Position numbers and translations under genes: made by a program
The notes under the pieces: model-generated
The model's database searches: none
What the model saw: the letters and a program-made list of their open reading frames with translations, nothing else
What the model was told of the DNA's origin: nothing
Part shown: positions 25,590 through 38,210 of the stretch, in pieces
Layout: each line of letters starts with the position of its first letter
How positions within the stretch are numbered: the stretch's first letter is position 1
Source: Octopus bimaculoides
Lineage: Eukaryota
Length of the DNA: 46,786 nt
Direction: 5' to 3'
Assembly: GCF_001194135.2 (NCBI RefSeq)
Contig: NC_068984.1
Span: forward strand, 5,194,705 to 5,241,490

Positions 25590-25886
25590 AGGTTGTGAGT
25601 AAGAATCCAGGACCGGGCTGCGTGTTGTGTTCTTAAGCAAGGCACTTAATCTCACGTTGCTTCAATTTACTCAGCTGTAGAAATGAGTTGTGACGTCACT
25701 GGTTCCAAGCTGTATCGGCACCATTGCCTTTCCTTTGGATAGCATCGGTGGCATGGAAAGAGGAGGCCGATATGCATGGGCAACTGTTGGTCTTCCATAA
25801 AAAAATACAACCTTGCCCGGACTTGTTGTCTCGGAGGGTAACTTTCTAAATGCAATCCCATGGTCATTAATGACCGATAGGTGGTC
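25590..25886 (+). mobile_element. SINE with family-D-type central domain and a different 3' body
   Basis: GTGTTGTGTTCTTAAGCAAGGCACTTAATCTCACGTTGCTTC..AAATGAGTTG is shared with 41265-41335. Confidence 0.7.
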
Positions 25887-26180
25887 TGTTTTTTGTTTCT
25901 TTTACCTCGCTGGATGTGAAGAAATACTTGTTAAAAAGTGACAAAAGTGCCAGTAGCTGTGAGTATCTATAAAGAAATGCCTCCTTACACGGATAACTCG
26001 TCCAGTCGTGATGCAAAGTTGATTTTTGGTTTGAAATAATAGACAAATAGAGCTGATGAGTAAAGCCTTTCTATCAAAGATTATTTAGGGTCGATCAGAA
26101 AGCAATTTGTTTCATCCAAAACGTTAATTTCTGAACTATCTTCACTGTTTCCTTATTAACAATAACAAGTGTAAATTTGT

Positions 26181-26447
26181 TGAGCAATGTGCTCAAGTGA
26201 GCAACTTTCAGAAATGTTTGCATATGAACCACTTTCAGAAATGTCTGCAAGCCAGTCATCTTCAGCAATGTGTCCAAGTGAGTCGCATTCAGGAAGGTGT
26301 GCAAGTGAGCCGCTTTCAGCAATTGTGCAGGTGAGCCACTTTAGCAATTGTGCAAGTGAGCAACATACAGCAATGTGTGCAAGTGAACCACTTTCGGTAA
26401 TGTGTGCAAGTGAGCTACGTTCAGCAATGTGTACAACTTATCTGCAG
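26181..26447. repeat. 27-bp minisatellite, about 10 diverged units (consensus TCAGCAATGTGTGCAAGTGAGCCACTT)
   Basis: Units read off directly; units 6 and 7 are 26 and 25 nt. Confidence 0.92.
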
Positions 26448-27777
26448 ATCTTGGTGGTCCAAATCGGAGGTGCAATCTATGTGTGTGTCTTTTCAGAACA
26501 TTGTCTGGTTTAAAAAAGCCGCATCAGATGCCATGATGGTTCTAAGGTTTAGGTACAGGAAGTGGTCAAACTCTGCATAAGGAGCAGACAACCACCATAT
26601 ATATATATATATATTTATTTATATATATATATTTATGTGTATGTATGTATACATATATACATATATATATACATACACTCACACAGGCACACACATATGT
26701 ATGTGTGTATGTATTGTTCAATAACGTGTTTATTTGATTGAATATATTTTATAATAACAAGATTGAATTGAGTATCAATGACTCCAGTGTATGGCGTGTG
26801 TTTCGGTTCAAGTAATAAACAAATTTTGTATAAAATGTTATTTAATACACTTTAAGTGTTGGTAAATTTCAGAAAAATAAAAGCTAAAATTTCTAAAACT
26901 ATACGTGCTAGCGAACAACCAAAGACAAATTTGGCATCAACCTCTAAAATGTATTTAGAAAAGGCTAATTTAATCTCCATTGAGAAAATATAAAAACACT
27001 TTATTTTGTTGACCATTCTAGTAAGAGAGAGAAAGAGAGATGGAGAAAGAGAGAGGAGGAAGGGGAGAGAAAGAGAAAGGGCCAGAGCGAGAAAATGTGT
27101 GAGAGAGAGAAAACGAGAGAGAAAGAGTTAAATTTATTGATTTCGTCTGCTACTATTGTGAAGAAAACTATTTCGTCACTTGACACAGAATTTCGAAATT
27201 TAGCAAAGTTGGCCTTTAAGCACTTACGCATTGTATCATCATTAATTTCCTCGCAGCCCCTTCCCTCAAATAATGTTGATATCCCATGAAATGTTATGTC
27301 TTCGTGTATTTGTGTCATATTAACGACTTTCAGGAGAAAATTGCTGCAACTTATTAGTTTTACGAGATTACTTTTCTGACATGAATCTTTTATTGTATAT
27401 GTAATCGCTTTTTATATGTGTTTTATTAAGAAATATTGCATTTTCCTTTCTAAAATTCCTCTCTAGATTAATGAGATTTCAAATATCACAAATGTACAAA
27501 TGTATTTCAGAGAATCGCAGAGAAAGAAAAAAAATGTAGCGGGAAAAAGAAAAAAACAAAATTTAAATTGCGCATAAATAACGACAAAAATAAAAGCAAA
27601 CAAAATTAAGTAAATATATAAGAGATTACTAAAACCATCCACCAACCTAGAAATAATATTACAAACCGATTCGATAACCAATCCTGGAGAAGTTACTCCT
27701 TATATTTCTTTAAATATAGAGTCGGAACTTTTCCCCAAATACTGTTTTTCCTCTCAATACAAAGGAGTGATTTAGTT

Positions 27778-27907
27778 CGGTGCAAGTGTGGCTGAGAGGT
27801 GAGAAGTTTGCTTCCCAGTCACGTGGCTCCGAGTTCAGCCCCATTGCGTTGAACCTTAGGAAAGTGTCTTCCGTAGAAGACACTTGTCAATGGATTTCGT
27901 AGATGGG
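27778..27907 (+). mobile_element. SINE family AC head, remainder in gap
   Basis: GTGGCTGAGAGGTGAGAAGTTTGCTTCCCAGTCACGTGGCTCCGAGTTCAGCCCC. Confidence 0.8.
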
Positions 27908-28568
27908 NNNNNNNNNNNNNNNNNNNNNNNNNNNNNNNNNNNNNNNNNNNNNNNNNNNNNNNNNNNNNNNNNNNNNNNNNNNNNNNNNNNNNNNNNNNNN
28001 NNNNNNNNNNNNNNNNNNNNNNNNNNNNNNNNNNNNNNNNNNNNNNNNNNNNNNNNNNNNNNNNNNNNNNNNNNNNNNNNNNNNNNNNNNNNNNNNNNNN
28101 NNNNNNNNNNNNNNNNNNNNNNNNNNNNNNNNNNNNNNNNNNNNNNNNNNNNNNNNNNNNNNNNNNNNNNNNNNNNNNNNNNNNNNNNNNNNNNNNNNNN
28201 NNNNNNNNNNNNNNNNNNNNNNNNNNNNNNNNNNNNNNNNNNNNNNNNNNNNNNNNNNNNNNNNNNNNNNNNNNNNNNNNNNNNNNNNNNNNNNNNNNNN
28301 NNNNNNNNNNNNNNNNNNNNNNNNNNNNNNNNNNNNNNNNNNNNNNNNNNNNNNNNNNNNNNNNNNNNNNNNNNNNNNNNNNNNNNNNNNNNNNNNNNNN
28401 NNNNNNNNNNNNNNNNNNNNNNNNNNNNNNNNNNNNNNNNNNNNNNNNNNNNNNNNNNNNNNNTATATATATATAGTTACCCCCCGCCCCCGCAAAAAAA
28501 AACAACAGACATTTCTTCAATCCCAAATCCAGATTACTGACACTGTGTCGATTATGATGGTGAGAGCT

Positions 28569-28820
28569 CCAGCTGGCCCGATCAATGGAACAGCCTGTTC
28601 ATAGAATTAGCGTGCATGTGGTTGAGTACTCCACAGGCACACATACCCTTAACGAATTTCTAAAGGAAATTCAGCGTAGCGCTATTCATTTCTTCCAGGT
28701 GAGTGGACTGGAGCAATGTGAAATAAAGTCTCTTGCTCAAGAAGACAAACACACCGCAAGGAATCGAACTCATGACAGTATGACTGGAGCGGAATACTTC
28801 AACCACTAAACCATGCCCCT
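28569..28820 (-). mobile_element. SINE family D
   Basis: Head GGGGCATGGTTTAGTGGTTGAAG..GAGTTCGATTCCTTGC; body homologous to 10706-11053. Confidence 0.8.
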
Positions 28821-28977
28821 TTACAGCTAGGGATGGTCAATGATACTACTGGTCTTACGGGATCAAGCGACGGAAATGTCCTGTTTCCAAGCAAATCTTC
28901 CTTGAAAAGGTATATTCTTCGCCAACTTTATTAAACATCTCCTTCTACACTGAGTGCGGCAATGTCTACACTGCAGT

Positions 28978-29436
28978 TAAGGCGGCGAGGAGCTGGCAGA
29001 AACGTTAGCACGCCGGGCGAAATGCTTAGCAGTATTTCCTCTGTCTACGTTCTGAGTTCAAATTCCGCCGAGGTCGACTTTGCCATTTATCTTTTCGGGC
29101 TCGATAAATTAAGTACCAGTTGCGCACTGGCGTCGATCTAATCGACTGGTACCCTCACCCACAAAATTTCGGGCCTTGTGCTTAGATTAGAAAAGAATAT
29201 TTAGGGCGGCGAGCTGGCAGAATGGTTAGCGCGCCGGACGAAATGCTTATCGGTATTTCGCCTGTCTTTACGTTCTGAGTTCAAATCACGCCGAAGTTGA
29301 CTTTGTCTTTCATCCTTTCTGGGCTCGATTAAATAAGTATCAGTTACGCACTGGGGTCAATGTAATCGACTTAATTCTTTTGTCTGTCCTTGTTTGCCCC
29401 CTCTATCTTTAGCCCCTTGTGGGCAATAAAGAAATA
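28978..29436 (+). mobile_element. SINE family B tandem dimer inside one target-site duplication
   Basis: AATGTCTACACTGCAGT (28961-28977) and AATATCTACACTGCAGT (29437-29453) flank two head-to-tail copies; junction at about 29200. Confidence 0.93.
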
Positions 29437-29681
29437 AATATCTACACTGCAGTGCAACAACTCGCTGCACAATACTGATCGAGACGTGTTTTTTTTTTTT
29501 TTTCCACTCAGTGGCATGTTATAGTAGTAGAATCTGTCTCTTTTTTTTCGACCGTTATATGAAGTGCCTGAACAAGTGTTGTCCTGTCCAAGTCCTGAAA
29601 TTTCTTTCCAATTTTTAAGCCAGCTCTTTGTGGCTGCTGTGTAGTTATTTCTCTACATAGAGTTGTTTAATAACAGTATAT

Positions 29682-29815
29682 ATGTAACATATAATTGCTA
29701 ACCAAGCGTGGCGTCCTATACGGGATAGTGCTACTGACTTTTATAACGTCATGAAGACATCTCTTCCAGCTAGCTAATGACACACATTCTGTGTCCGATT
29801 TGTATTTGCGAGAGG
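29682..29815 (-). mobile_element. Inverted partial copy (3' part) of the hammerhead-bearing element
   Basis: 29774-29812 matches the reverse complement of 30010-30048 (36/39). Homology continues with 43578-43720 (AGCTAGCTGGAAGAGATGT vs AGCCAGCTGGAGGAGGTGT; CAGTA; GCCAC). Confidence 0.75.
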
Positions 29816-29919
29816 AAATTTAATATAGGTCATTTCTCCTTTATCGAGATCAGCGACGGTTCGTCGCTGGAAAAAGCATATAGTATTTTGCGAGAGGGGT
29901 AAGTTTTCATCACTAGGTG

Positions 29920-29978
29920 GTGATTAACACAGGCTGAGGACGGGTAACCACCCAAAAACTCGAGTTCGTGTGTATCAC
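29920..29978 (+). ncRNA. Degenerate minimal type I hammerhead ribozyme (G12-to-A, probably inactive) within element 29883-30058
   Basis: GTGATTAACACAGG-CTGAGGA-C-GGGT-AACC-ACCC-A-AAAA-C-TCGA-G-TT-CGTGTGTATCAC; aligns without gaps to the intact copy at 43740-43798. Confidence 0.7.
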
Positions 29979-30094
29979 GTAAAGCTAGAGATGGGAGCAA
30001 ACACCTCGCCTCGCAAATACTAATCGGACACAGAATATGTGTCGTTAGACAGATGGAATAATAAATAAATCTTGGAATTAAATGGGTTTGATTT

Positions 30095-30124
30095 ACTGTC
30101 AGGTGACTTTTGGCCAAACCTGTA
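30095..30124 (-). mobile_element. Solo Tc1/mariner-like terminal inverted repeat
   Basis: Minus strand TA-CAGGTTTGGCCAAAAGTCACCTGACAG beside a TA run; no partner found in the window. Confidence 0.35.
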
Positions 30125-30914
30125 TATATATATATGTAGATCAAACCAAGGAAAAAATCATTTCCTTCAAAGGGATGAAAAACATCCGATTTTCACTGCT
30201 ACTTCATATACATACATGTGAATTTTTGTAAATTCACATGTGGATATGAGTCGAAAAAAATTGTTGGATTTATATTTGTTTTTATTATATGTTATATCAT
30301 ATTATATCATCTTATAGTATAATTTTATTTTATTATGATGTAAATAAATTTTTGATATGTCAATTGTATTTCTCTATTTCCTTTAATATANNNNNNNNNN
30401 NNNNNNNNNNNNNNNNNNNNNNNNNNNNNNNNNNNNNNNNNNNNNNNNNNNNNNNNNNNNNNNNNNNNNNNNNNNNNNNNNNNNNNNNNNNNNNNNNNNN
30501 NNNNNNNNNNNNNNNNNNNNNNNNNNNNNNNNNNNNNNNNNNNNNNNNNNNNNNNNNNNNNNNNNNNNNNNNNNNNNNNNNNNNNNNNNNNNNNNNNNNN
30601 NNNNNNNNNNNNNNNNNNNNNNNNNNNNNNNNNNNNNNNNNNNNNNNNNNNNNNNNNNNNNNNNNNNNNNNNNNNNNNNNNNNNNNNNNNNNNNNNNNNN
30701 NNNNNNNNNNNNNNNNNNNNNNNNNNNNNNNNNNNNNNNNNNNNNNNNNNNNNNNNNNNNNNNNNNNNNNNNNNNNNNNNNNNNNNNNNNNNNNNNNNNN
30801 NNNNNNNNNNNNNNNNNNNNNNNNNNNNNNNNNNNNNNNNNNNNNNNNNNNNNNNNNNNNNNNNNNNNNNNNNNNNNNNNNNNNNNNNNNNNNNNNNNNN
30901 NNNNNNNNNNNNNN

Positions 30915-30955
<41 letters not shown>

Positions 30956-32107
30956 TTTATTATTCCGTTATATGTAAGAGAAGCAAAAATTTATTCCACC
31001 CAGTGAGCGATAAATATCATTTAATATACAGTGATCCCTCGACTATGACGAGTGTTACGTTCCAAAAAGCTTCGTGATAGTTGAAAATCCACGAAGAAGA
31101 AATAGTACTCTACTGTATATTTTTAAAAATTATTTTCATAATTTGCATATATTTATTTTATTATAAATGTAAAACAACACCACGGAGGAATCGACGTAAG
31201 TTTAAATAATAAATAATAAACAGCAATAGCTGACGTATAACTGTATACATTATGTAAACACGATTTGTTATAATTTCATGCTGCGAAAACAGAACAGATT
31301 TATATATCGTATCTTGTACTAACAAGATATCCACGCCCTTGAGAAAAAAAGAAAGCAGAAAAACGAGAGAGGATATGGCTTCTAAGTAGCATGGTAGAGA
31401 GTGATAGGAATGCCAAGTTAGTTTCTAAACAAGTCTGCCTTAGAATGGTAAATAGTCAGATTAAGGGAGAGTCAGATAAATCACTATCCTTTCAACTAAG
31501 ATAAGGAGTGGCCAGCAGAAACATGCCCCCCCCCCTATAAGTCACAGATTTTTTAAGTGCTCACTTTACAGACTTTTGTTTAAAAATCCTGTCTTGCCTC
31601 TGAAATTCCTAACTCACCACCACCACCACCGCTACCATCACCAGCACCACCAGTACCACCACCACCAACTTAACGTTTTAGACGAATTTACTTTGTCAGA
31701 GTAGGAATAAATTAGTGTTTAAAACTTATATCCCATCATTTTTTGTTTTGTAACTCAGTACCTTAGGTTTCTATGCGGCTACAAAAAACTTATATCTTGC
31801 GACAACTATAAAGATATTCGTAAAGAAGAAAATATGTTGAATGACACAATAATGCACTATAATACAAACAATGGACTATAAGAACTGTTGTAATTTAATC
31901 ATCCATTTTCAAAATTACAGACACATAGATTAAGACGGTTATGTAATGTAAGTTTAAAAGATTTCATACAATTAAATGAAGTGTTGCACATGCTTTTTGT
32001 TTATATAATACAATCTTTACAGAAATATCTACCCATTTTTCACTATACACCATACAAATATGCATACATTCATACATACATACATGTATGTGTATATATG
32101 CATACAG

Positions 32108-32180
<73 letters not shown>

Positions 32181-33619
32181 NNNNNNNNNNNNNNNNNNNN
32201 NNNNNNNNNNNNNNNNNNNNNNNNNNNNNNNNNNNNNNNNNNNNNNNNNNNNNNNNNNNNNNNNNNNNNNNNNNNNNNNNNNNNNNNNNNNNNNNNNNNN
32301 NNNNNNNNNNNNNNNNNNNNNNNNNNNNNNNNNNNNNNNNNNNNNNNNNNNNNNNNNNNNNNNNNNNNNNNNNNNNNNNNNNNNNNNNNNNNNNNNNNNN
32401 NNNNNNNNNNNNNNNNNNNNNNNNNNNNNNNNNNNNNNNNNNNNNNNNNNNNNNNNNNNNNNNNNNNNNNNNNNNNNNNNNNNNNNNNNNNNNNNNNNNN
32501 NNNNNNNNNNNNNNNNNNNNNNNNNNNNNNNNNNNNNNNNNNNNNNNNNNNNNNNNNNNNNNNNNNNNNNNNNNNNNNNNNNNNNNNNNNNNNNNNNNNN
32601 NNNNNNNNNNNNNNNNNNNNNNNNNNNNNNNNNNNNNNNNNNNNNNNNNNNNNNNNNNNNNNNNNNNNNNNNATATATATATATATATATATATATATAC
32701 AGCAATGAGAAAATGGAGGGGATCAAGAGGTGGTATTCATCAACTTTCAGACATCATATTATGTCTATTTATTTATTTTTTAAAAAGACAATTATAACAA
32801 CATACATACATATATAACATATTATGCTTTACATATATAATATAGGAAATATAAAAATACCAACCATTATTAAAATATATAACGTAGAAAATAGAAAGTA
32901 GGATAATATCTTACATCTGTTTCAACCAAGCGGCCATAGTACCCCATTCTACTTTTATCCCTCCAGTGAACTGAAATATTTGGTATATAAGATTAAGGTA
33001 CTTGGATGTGTCTCTGGACTTCGTCAGAGAGTTTAGAAAGTTCAAAAAGTTAAGTTATAAATACATACATATATACATACGTTGCCTTCTACCCAGGTCT
33101 TTCGTTTACCAGAGGCCATGATAAAAGACAGTATTCTAATGTTAAAGAAGAAATGAACAAGAATGTGCCGAAAATCTTTAAATATGGCCGAATGATATCC
33201 ATAGTCATAAAACATACTAGTTTATTCGTCTAAAACGTTAAATTCCACTTCTTCCACAACATTTATTAAATTTTATGAACTTTCGTACAATATAAATCAT
33301 CAACTGCTGCAGTAACCGTAGTCATAAAGACATTAAGTGACTGAATACGACAAGAGGACCTGCGCAGGCTTACTCAGCCTTCTATAAAAAGTAGATAAAT
33401 TACGCTCACATCACACCCTACCGTCTTAAAAGTAGGAAACATATCCGCCAATGAAGTCTTAAACAGGCTATAATTGCAATGGAAAGACTTGGGATATACA
33501 TCAGCAAAATCCTGTCTGAGCTGGCGCCAAATAACCATAGTTAAGAGTGTTAACCTGAACGCTCTAAAATAATGTTCATCTCTGTCTTTTTCTCACATAC
33601 ACTCTGTCTGTCTGTCTGT

Positions 33620-33710
<91 letters not shown>

Positions 33711-34269
33711 GCTAGCTAGTTATCTAGCAATCTCTGGCAAAAATATACAATCCTGTATATTTTTTTGTTTCAGTTGCCCTGCCTGTAACCCATCCGTAAA
33801 ACAAAAAAAAAAAAAAATAAAGACAGATGTGTCTACATTTTTCGCTGATTCTCCCAGACATTCGTGAAACATGGAGAGTTGTCTCCCATAAATTCCTAAA
33901 CAATAAACATATGAACAAACAACTGAATGAATATTACTAATTAAGACATGTTTTCTTCTCGGAATACGCAATTTTAGTTTAACTTAAAACGTATTTCCAT
34001 ATATTAAAACTGCTTTAATGAATTCATTTAGACTAAGTTAATTATGCAGAATGATGAATGAAGCTCACAACGCCAGTTTTCCTTAGATACATCGTATGGA
34101 AAGCAAAGACTTCTGTAGTTTTAAAATGCAGGTGTATTATACCAGTAATTATTCAGGTTGATTTCTAAAATAACTATCAGGGATGTCTAATAGAATCGGA
34201 TAGAAGCGAAATGGATCCATCACCGCCATTGCGTCATTCCGTGAGCAAATAAATAAATCAATAAATAAA

Positions 34270-34400
34270 TAACAACAACAACAACAATAATAATAATAAT
34301 AATAATAATGATGATGATGATGAAGATGATGATGATGATGATGATGATAATAATAATAATAATAATAATCATAATAATAATAATAATAATGATGATGATG

Positions 34401-34475
<75 letters not shown>
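34270..34475. repeat. Compound (AAC)(AAT)(GAT)n microsatellite
   Basis: Read directly. Confidence 0.96.
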
Positions 34476-34654
34476 TGAAGCCATATAAACATTTTCAGAA
34501 ACCCTCTGTAAAATAAAGAGGAAAATCATAATTAACGAAAACAAAATATAATTAAAAAGGAAATAAAATGAATTCAAGGAAAAATTTCAATAAATTTTGA
34601 TGAAACTCCGCCCTCATCATAACTAGCTTAGTGTATTAAATTAAACAACGGTGG

Positions 34655-34722
<68 letters not shown>

Positions 34723-35326
34723 GTCTATCTATCTCTGTGTGTGCGCGTGCGTGCGTGTGTATGTCTGTCTCACTCTCTCNNNNNNNNNNNNNNNNNNNNN
34801 NNNNNNNNNNNNNNNNNNNNNNNNNNNNNNNNNNNNNNNNNNNNNNNNNNNNNNNNNNNNNNNNNNNNNNNNNNNNNNNNNNNNNNNNNNNNNNNNNNNN
34901 NNNNNNNNNNNNNNNNNNNNNNNNNNNNNNNNNNNNNNNNNNNNNNNNNNNNNNNNNNNNNNNNNNNNNNNNNNNNNNNNNNNNNNNNNNNNNNNNNNNN
35001 NNNNNNNNNNNNNNNNNNNNNNNNNNNNNNNNNNNNNNNNNNNNNNNNNNNNNNNNNNNNNNNNNNNNNNNNNTATATATATATATATATATATATATGC
35101 ATATATATATATTTATATATATATATATATACACACACACATACACACATATGCATACACACACACACACACACGTATGTGCGTATATATAAATGCATAT
35201 ACACAAGCATGTGTTTGCGTGTGTGCATACTCTTACACAGACATACATATGGGTAATATATTTATATATATGTATATATGTATATATATACATATATATA
35301 TATATGTATTTATGTATGTATATATG

Positions 35327-35369
<43 letters not shown>

Positions 35370-35407
35370 NNNNNNNNNNNNNNNNNNNNNNNNNNNNNNN
35401 NNNNNNN

Positions 35408-35462
<55 letters not shown>

Positions 35463-36295
35463 ATGTATAAACGAAATGAATAGGAGTTGGGGAGAGAAAA
35501 AGAATGTATCGGCTGTGTATACTTGCTTTAATAATATAATTAAATAAATTTTGCGCTCATATCTTTAACGACAACAACAAACAAACGGGAACTAAAATGG
35601 AAAGTAAAAACAAAATATATAAAATAGAAAAGCAAGATAAACAAAAAAAGGAAGACCTCAAAAGAAATTAAATAAAATCGCAAACTAGAACATAAATTGA
35701 AAGCAAAATCTGTAGTATATTTAAAGTAGAAAATTCTAGAAAATGAGAAAAGGCAGTAGAATACAATTTCTTCAATTGAAATCACATGTGCCTCTTCGTT
35801 ATTAGTAAAAATAATCCTTGAAAAATGGCGGCTCGGTAACATGAATAGAAAGCTGAAATTACTTTACAATATCATGATTGACAGGAAGAGTAGAGTTGCT
35901 GTGTGTATAATTTGTTTAGAATTATTTTGTATCACAACAACAACAAAGTGGTGGTGGTGGTGGTGGTATTGGTGATTGTGGCGGTAATGGAGGTAGTGGT
36001 GGTTGGAAGAAGGAAATTAATGCTTCCCCCATTAAAAGCGTGGAATGTATTTAAGTATGTATGCGTGTATGCGGGTGTGTACGTAGGAATCTATGTATAT
36101 GTTGGCTGCAGGTAGGTATATATGTGTGCATGTATGTATGTATGTATGTATGTATGTATGTATGTATGTATGTATGTGTGTGTATGTAGTACGTACATAC
36201 GCTTTTATGTAGGTAAGTAGGTAGGTACATATGCCTGTATATATAGGCATATAATAACTACACGTATAAACATGATATAAACTTCTCTATCTCTG

Positions 36296-36358
<63 letters not shown>

Positions 36359-36725
36359 NNNNNNNNNNNNNNNNNNNNNNNNNNNNNNNNNNNNNNNNNN
36401 NNNNNNNNNNNNNNNNNNNNNNNNNNNNNNNNNNNNNNNNNNNNNNNNNNNNNNNNNNNNNNNNNNNNNNNNNNNNNNNNNNNNNNNNNNNNNNNNNNNN
36501 NNNNNNNNNNNNNNNNNNNNNNNNNNNNNNNNNNNNNNNNNNNNNNNNNNNNNNNNNNNNNNNNNNNNNNNNNNNNNNNNNNNNNNNNNNNNNNNNNNNN
36601 NNNNNNNNNNNNNNNNNNNNNNNNNNNNNNNNNNNNNNNNNNNNNNNNNNNNNNNNNNNNNNNNNNNNNNNNNNNNNNNNNNNNNNNNNNNNNNNNNNNN
36701 NNNNNNNNNNNNNNNNNNNNNNNNN

Positions 36726-36786
<61 letters not shown>

Positions 36787-37168
36787 TGTGTTTGCATATA
36801 TATATATATATATATATATGTGTAGATATGTGTGTATAGTCGCCTATAAAGCTCAGTGTATTCATAGGAATGTATGCAATAACAAAATTCTAACAGGAGG
36901 CTGCCTACACTGACAAATGAAAACATTGACATTGACAAACAAAAAGGAAATACAGTCTGTAAAGGTGAGAGCACACAATCACACACACACACAAAGACAC
37001 ACACACATGCACACACACACACACGACCTCAGACACATAAGGTCACAGCTTCATGGTTTAAGTGATATATATATATGTGTGTGTGTGTGTGTGTATATGT
37101 GTGTGTGTGCGTATATATATGTAGTGTGTATATATATGGATGTATGTATATATACATATACACACATA

Positions 37169-37731
37169 CACAGACATGTAGGAAGTAAATAGACACCTTC
37201 AATTTTAAAATTTTCTGATCTAAGCGTTTTAATAATTTTTCAGCGGTGTAGAATTTACAATGTAATTATTATTTCTCATTTCAGGTGCCATTATACTAAA
37301 CATTTACGAAGAGTAACCATGCCACGCACAAAAAATTCAGCAGAACTGTCAGATTTTCAAAGAGGTCGTATTGTTGAGTAATCTGAGACTGATCTTGGAC
37401 AGCGAAAAATTGCTGAAAATCTTCAAATTCCTCTTGCCACTGTTAATAGAACTATAGTGCAATTAATATCCAAGGAAAAGAATCAACAGATCTGGGCCCT
37501 CGGAAAAGAAGCTTCGCTGTTTGAAGAGAATTGTGAAAAGCGAACTCCGTTCGAAAGGCTTCTGGCATTGCAAAACAGCAAGGAGTTAGTCCAAGAACGT
37601 GTGTTTACATATCTGTATAAGCTTGGGTATTATGGATGAGGAGCTAGAAGAAAACCTCTCCTTCAACGAATTAATATCAAATTAAAGATTTTGAAAATTA
37701 AAGGTGTCTATTTACTTCCTGCATGTTTGTG
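37169..37731 (+). mobile_element. Non-autonomous Tc1-family deletion derivative, 563 bp, both TIRs and TA duplication
   Basis: Left CACAGACATGTAGGAAGTAAATAGACACCTTCAATTTT and right AAAATTAAAGGTGTCTATTTACTTCCTGCATGTTTGTG are inverted repeats; TA at 37167-68 and 37732-33. Interior from ATG 37319 reads MPRTKNSAELSDFQRGRIVE*..KIAENLQIPLATVNR..LGYYG*GARRKPLL (Tc1 N-terminal HTH region only). Confidence 0.9.
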
Positions 37732-37822
37732 TACATATATATTTACACACACACACACACACACTCACATATGTGTGTGTGCCTATACTGCTACTATACA
37801 TACACACTAGTAGATGTATATT

Positions 37823-38210
37823 TATCTTTTACTTCTTTACCCCGTTTCACTGCGGCCATGCTGGGGCCTCGTCGGACAAATCGACTCTAAATCTTGTTTT
37901 TTTTAAAGCCTATTTCTTACTCTATTAGTCTCTTTTGCCAAGCCATTAATTTATGTGTACGTAAACACACCAACATCGGTTGCCAAGCGATGGTGTGGGA
38001 ACAAACACAGACACAGGCACACACACATAAATAAATATATGCACACACACATACACATAGATCTACACACGACGGGCTTCTCTTAATTTCCGACCACAAA
38101 ATTCTCCCACAAGGCTTTGGCTGGCCCCAGACTACAGAAGAAGACACTTGCCCAGATGCAACATAATGGGACTGAACCAGTAACTATGCGGTTGGGAAGC
38201 AAACTTCTTA
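37823..38210 (-). mobile_element. SINE family AC, full length, internal (CA)-rich tract
   Basis: Head at 38069-38210, tail at 37823-38005. Confidence 0.87.

Noticed and set aside
26181-26447. CRISPR-like periodicity
   Set aside because: Contiguous tandem units without unique spacers, eukaryotic context, no cas genes.
29774-30048. MITE interpretation of the 39-bp inverted repeats
   Set aside because: No TSD, and homology to 43578-43834 runs past the left arm outward and the right arm inward, so these are two partial copies of one element.
35822-35832. YY1-type motif AAAATGGCGGC
   Set aside because: A single 11-mer with no CpG-rich promoter context.
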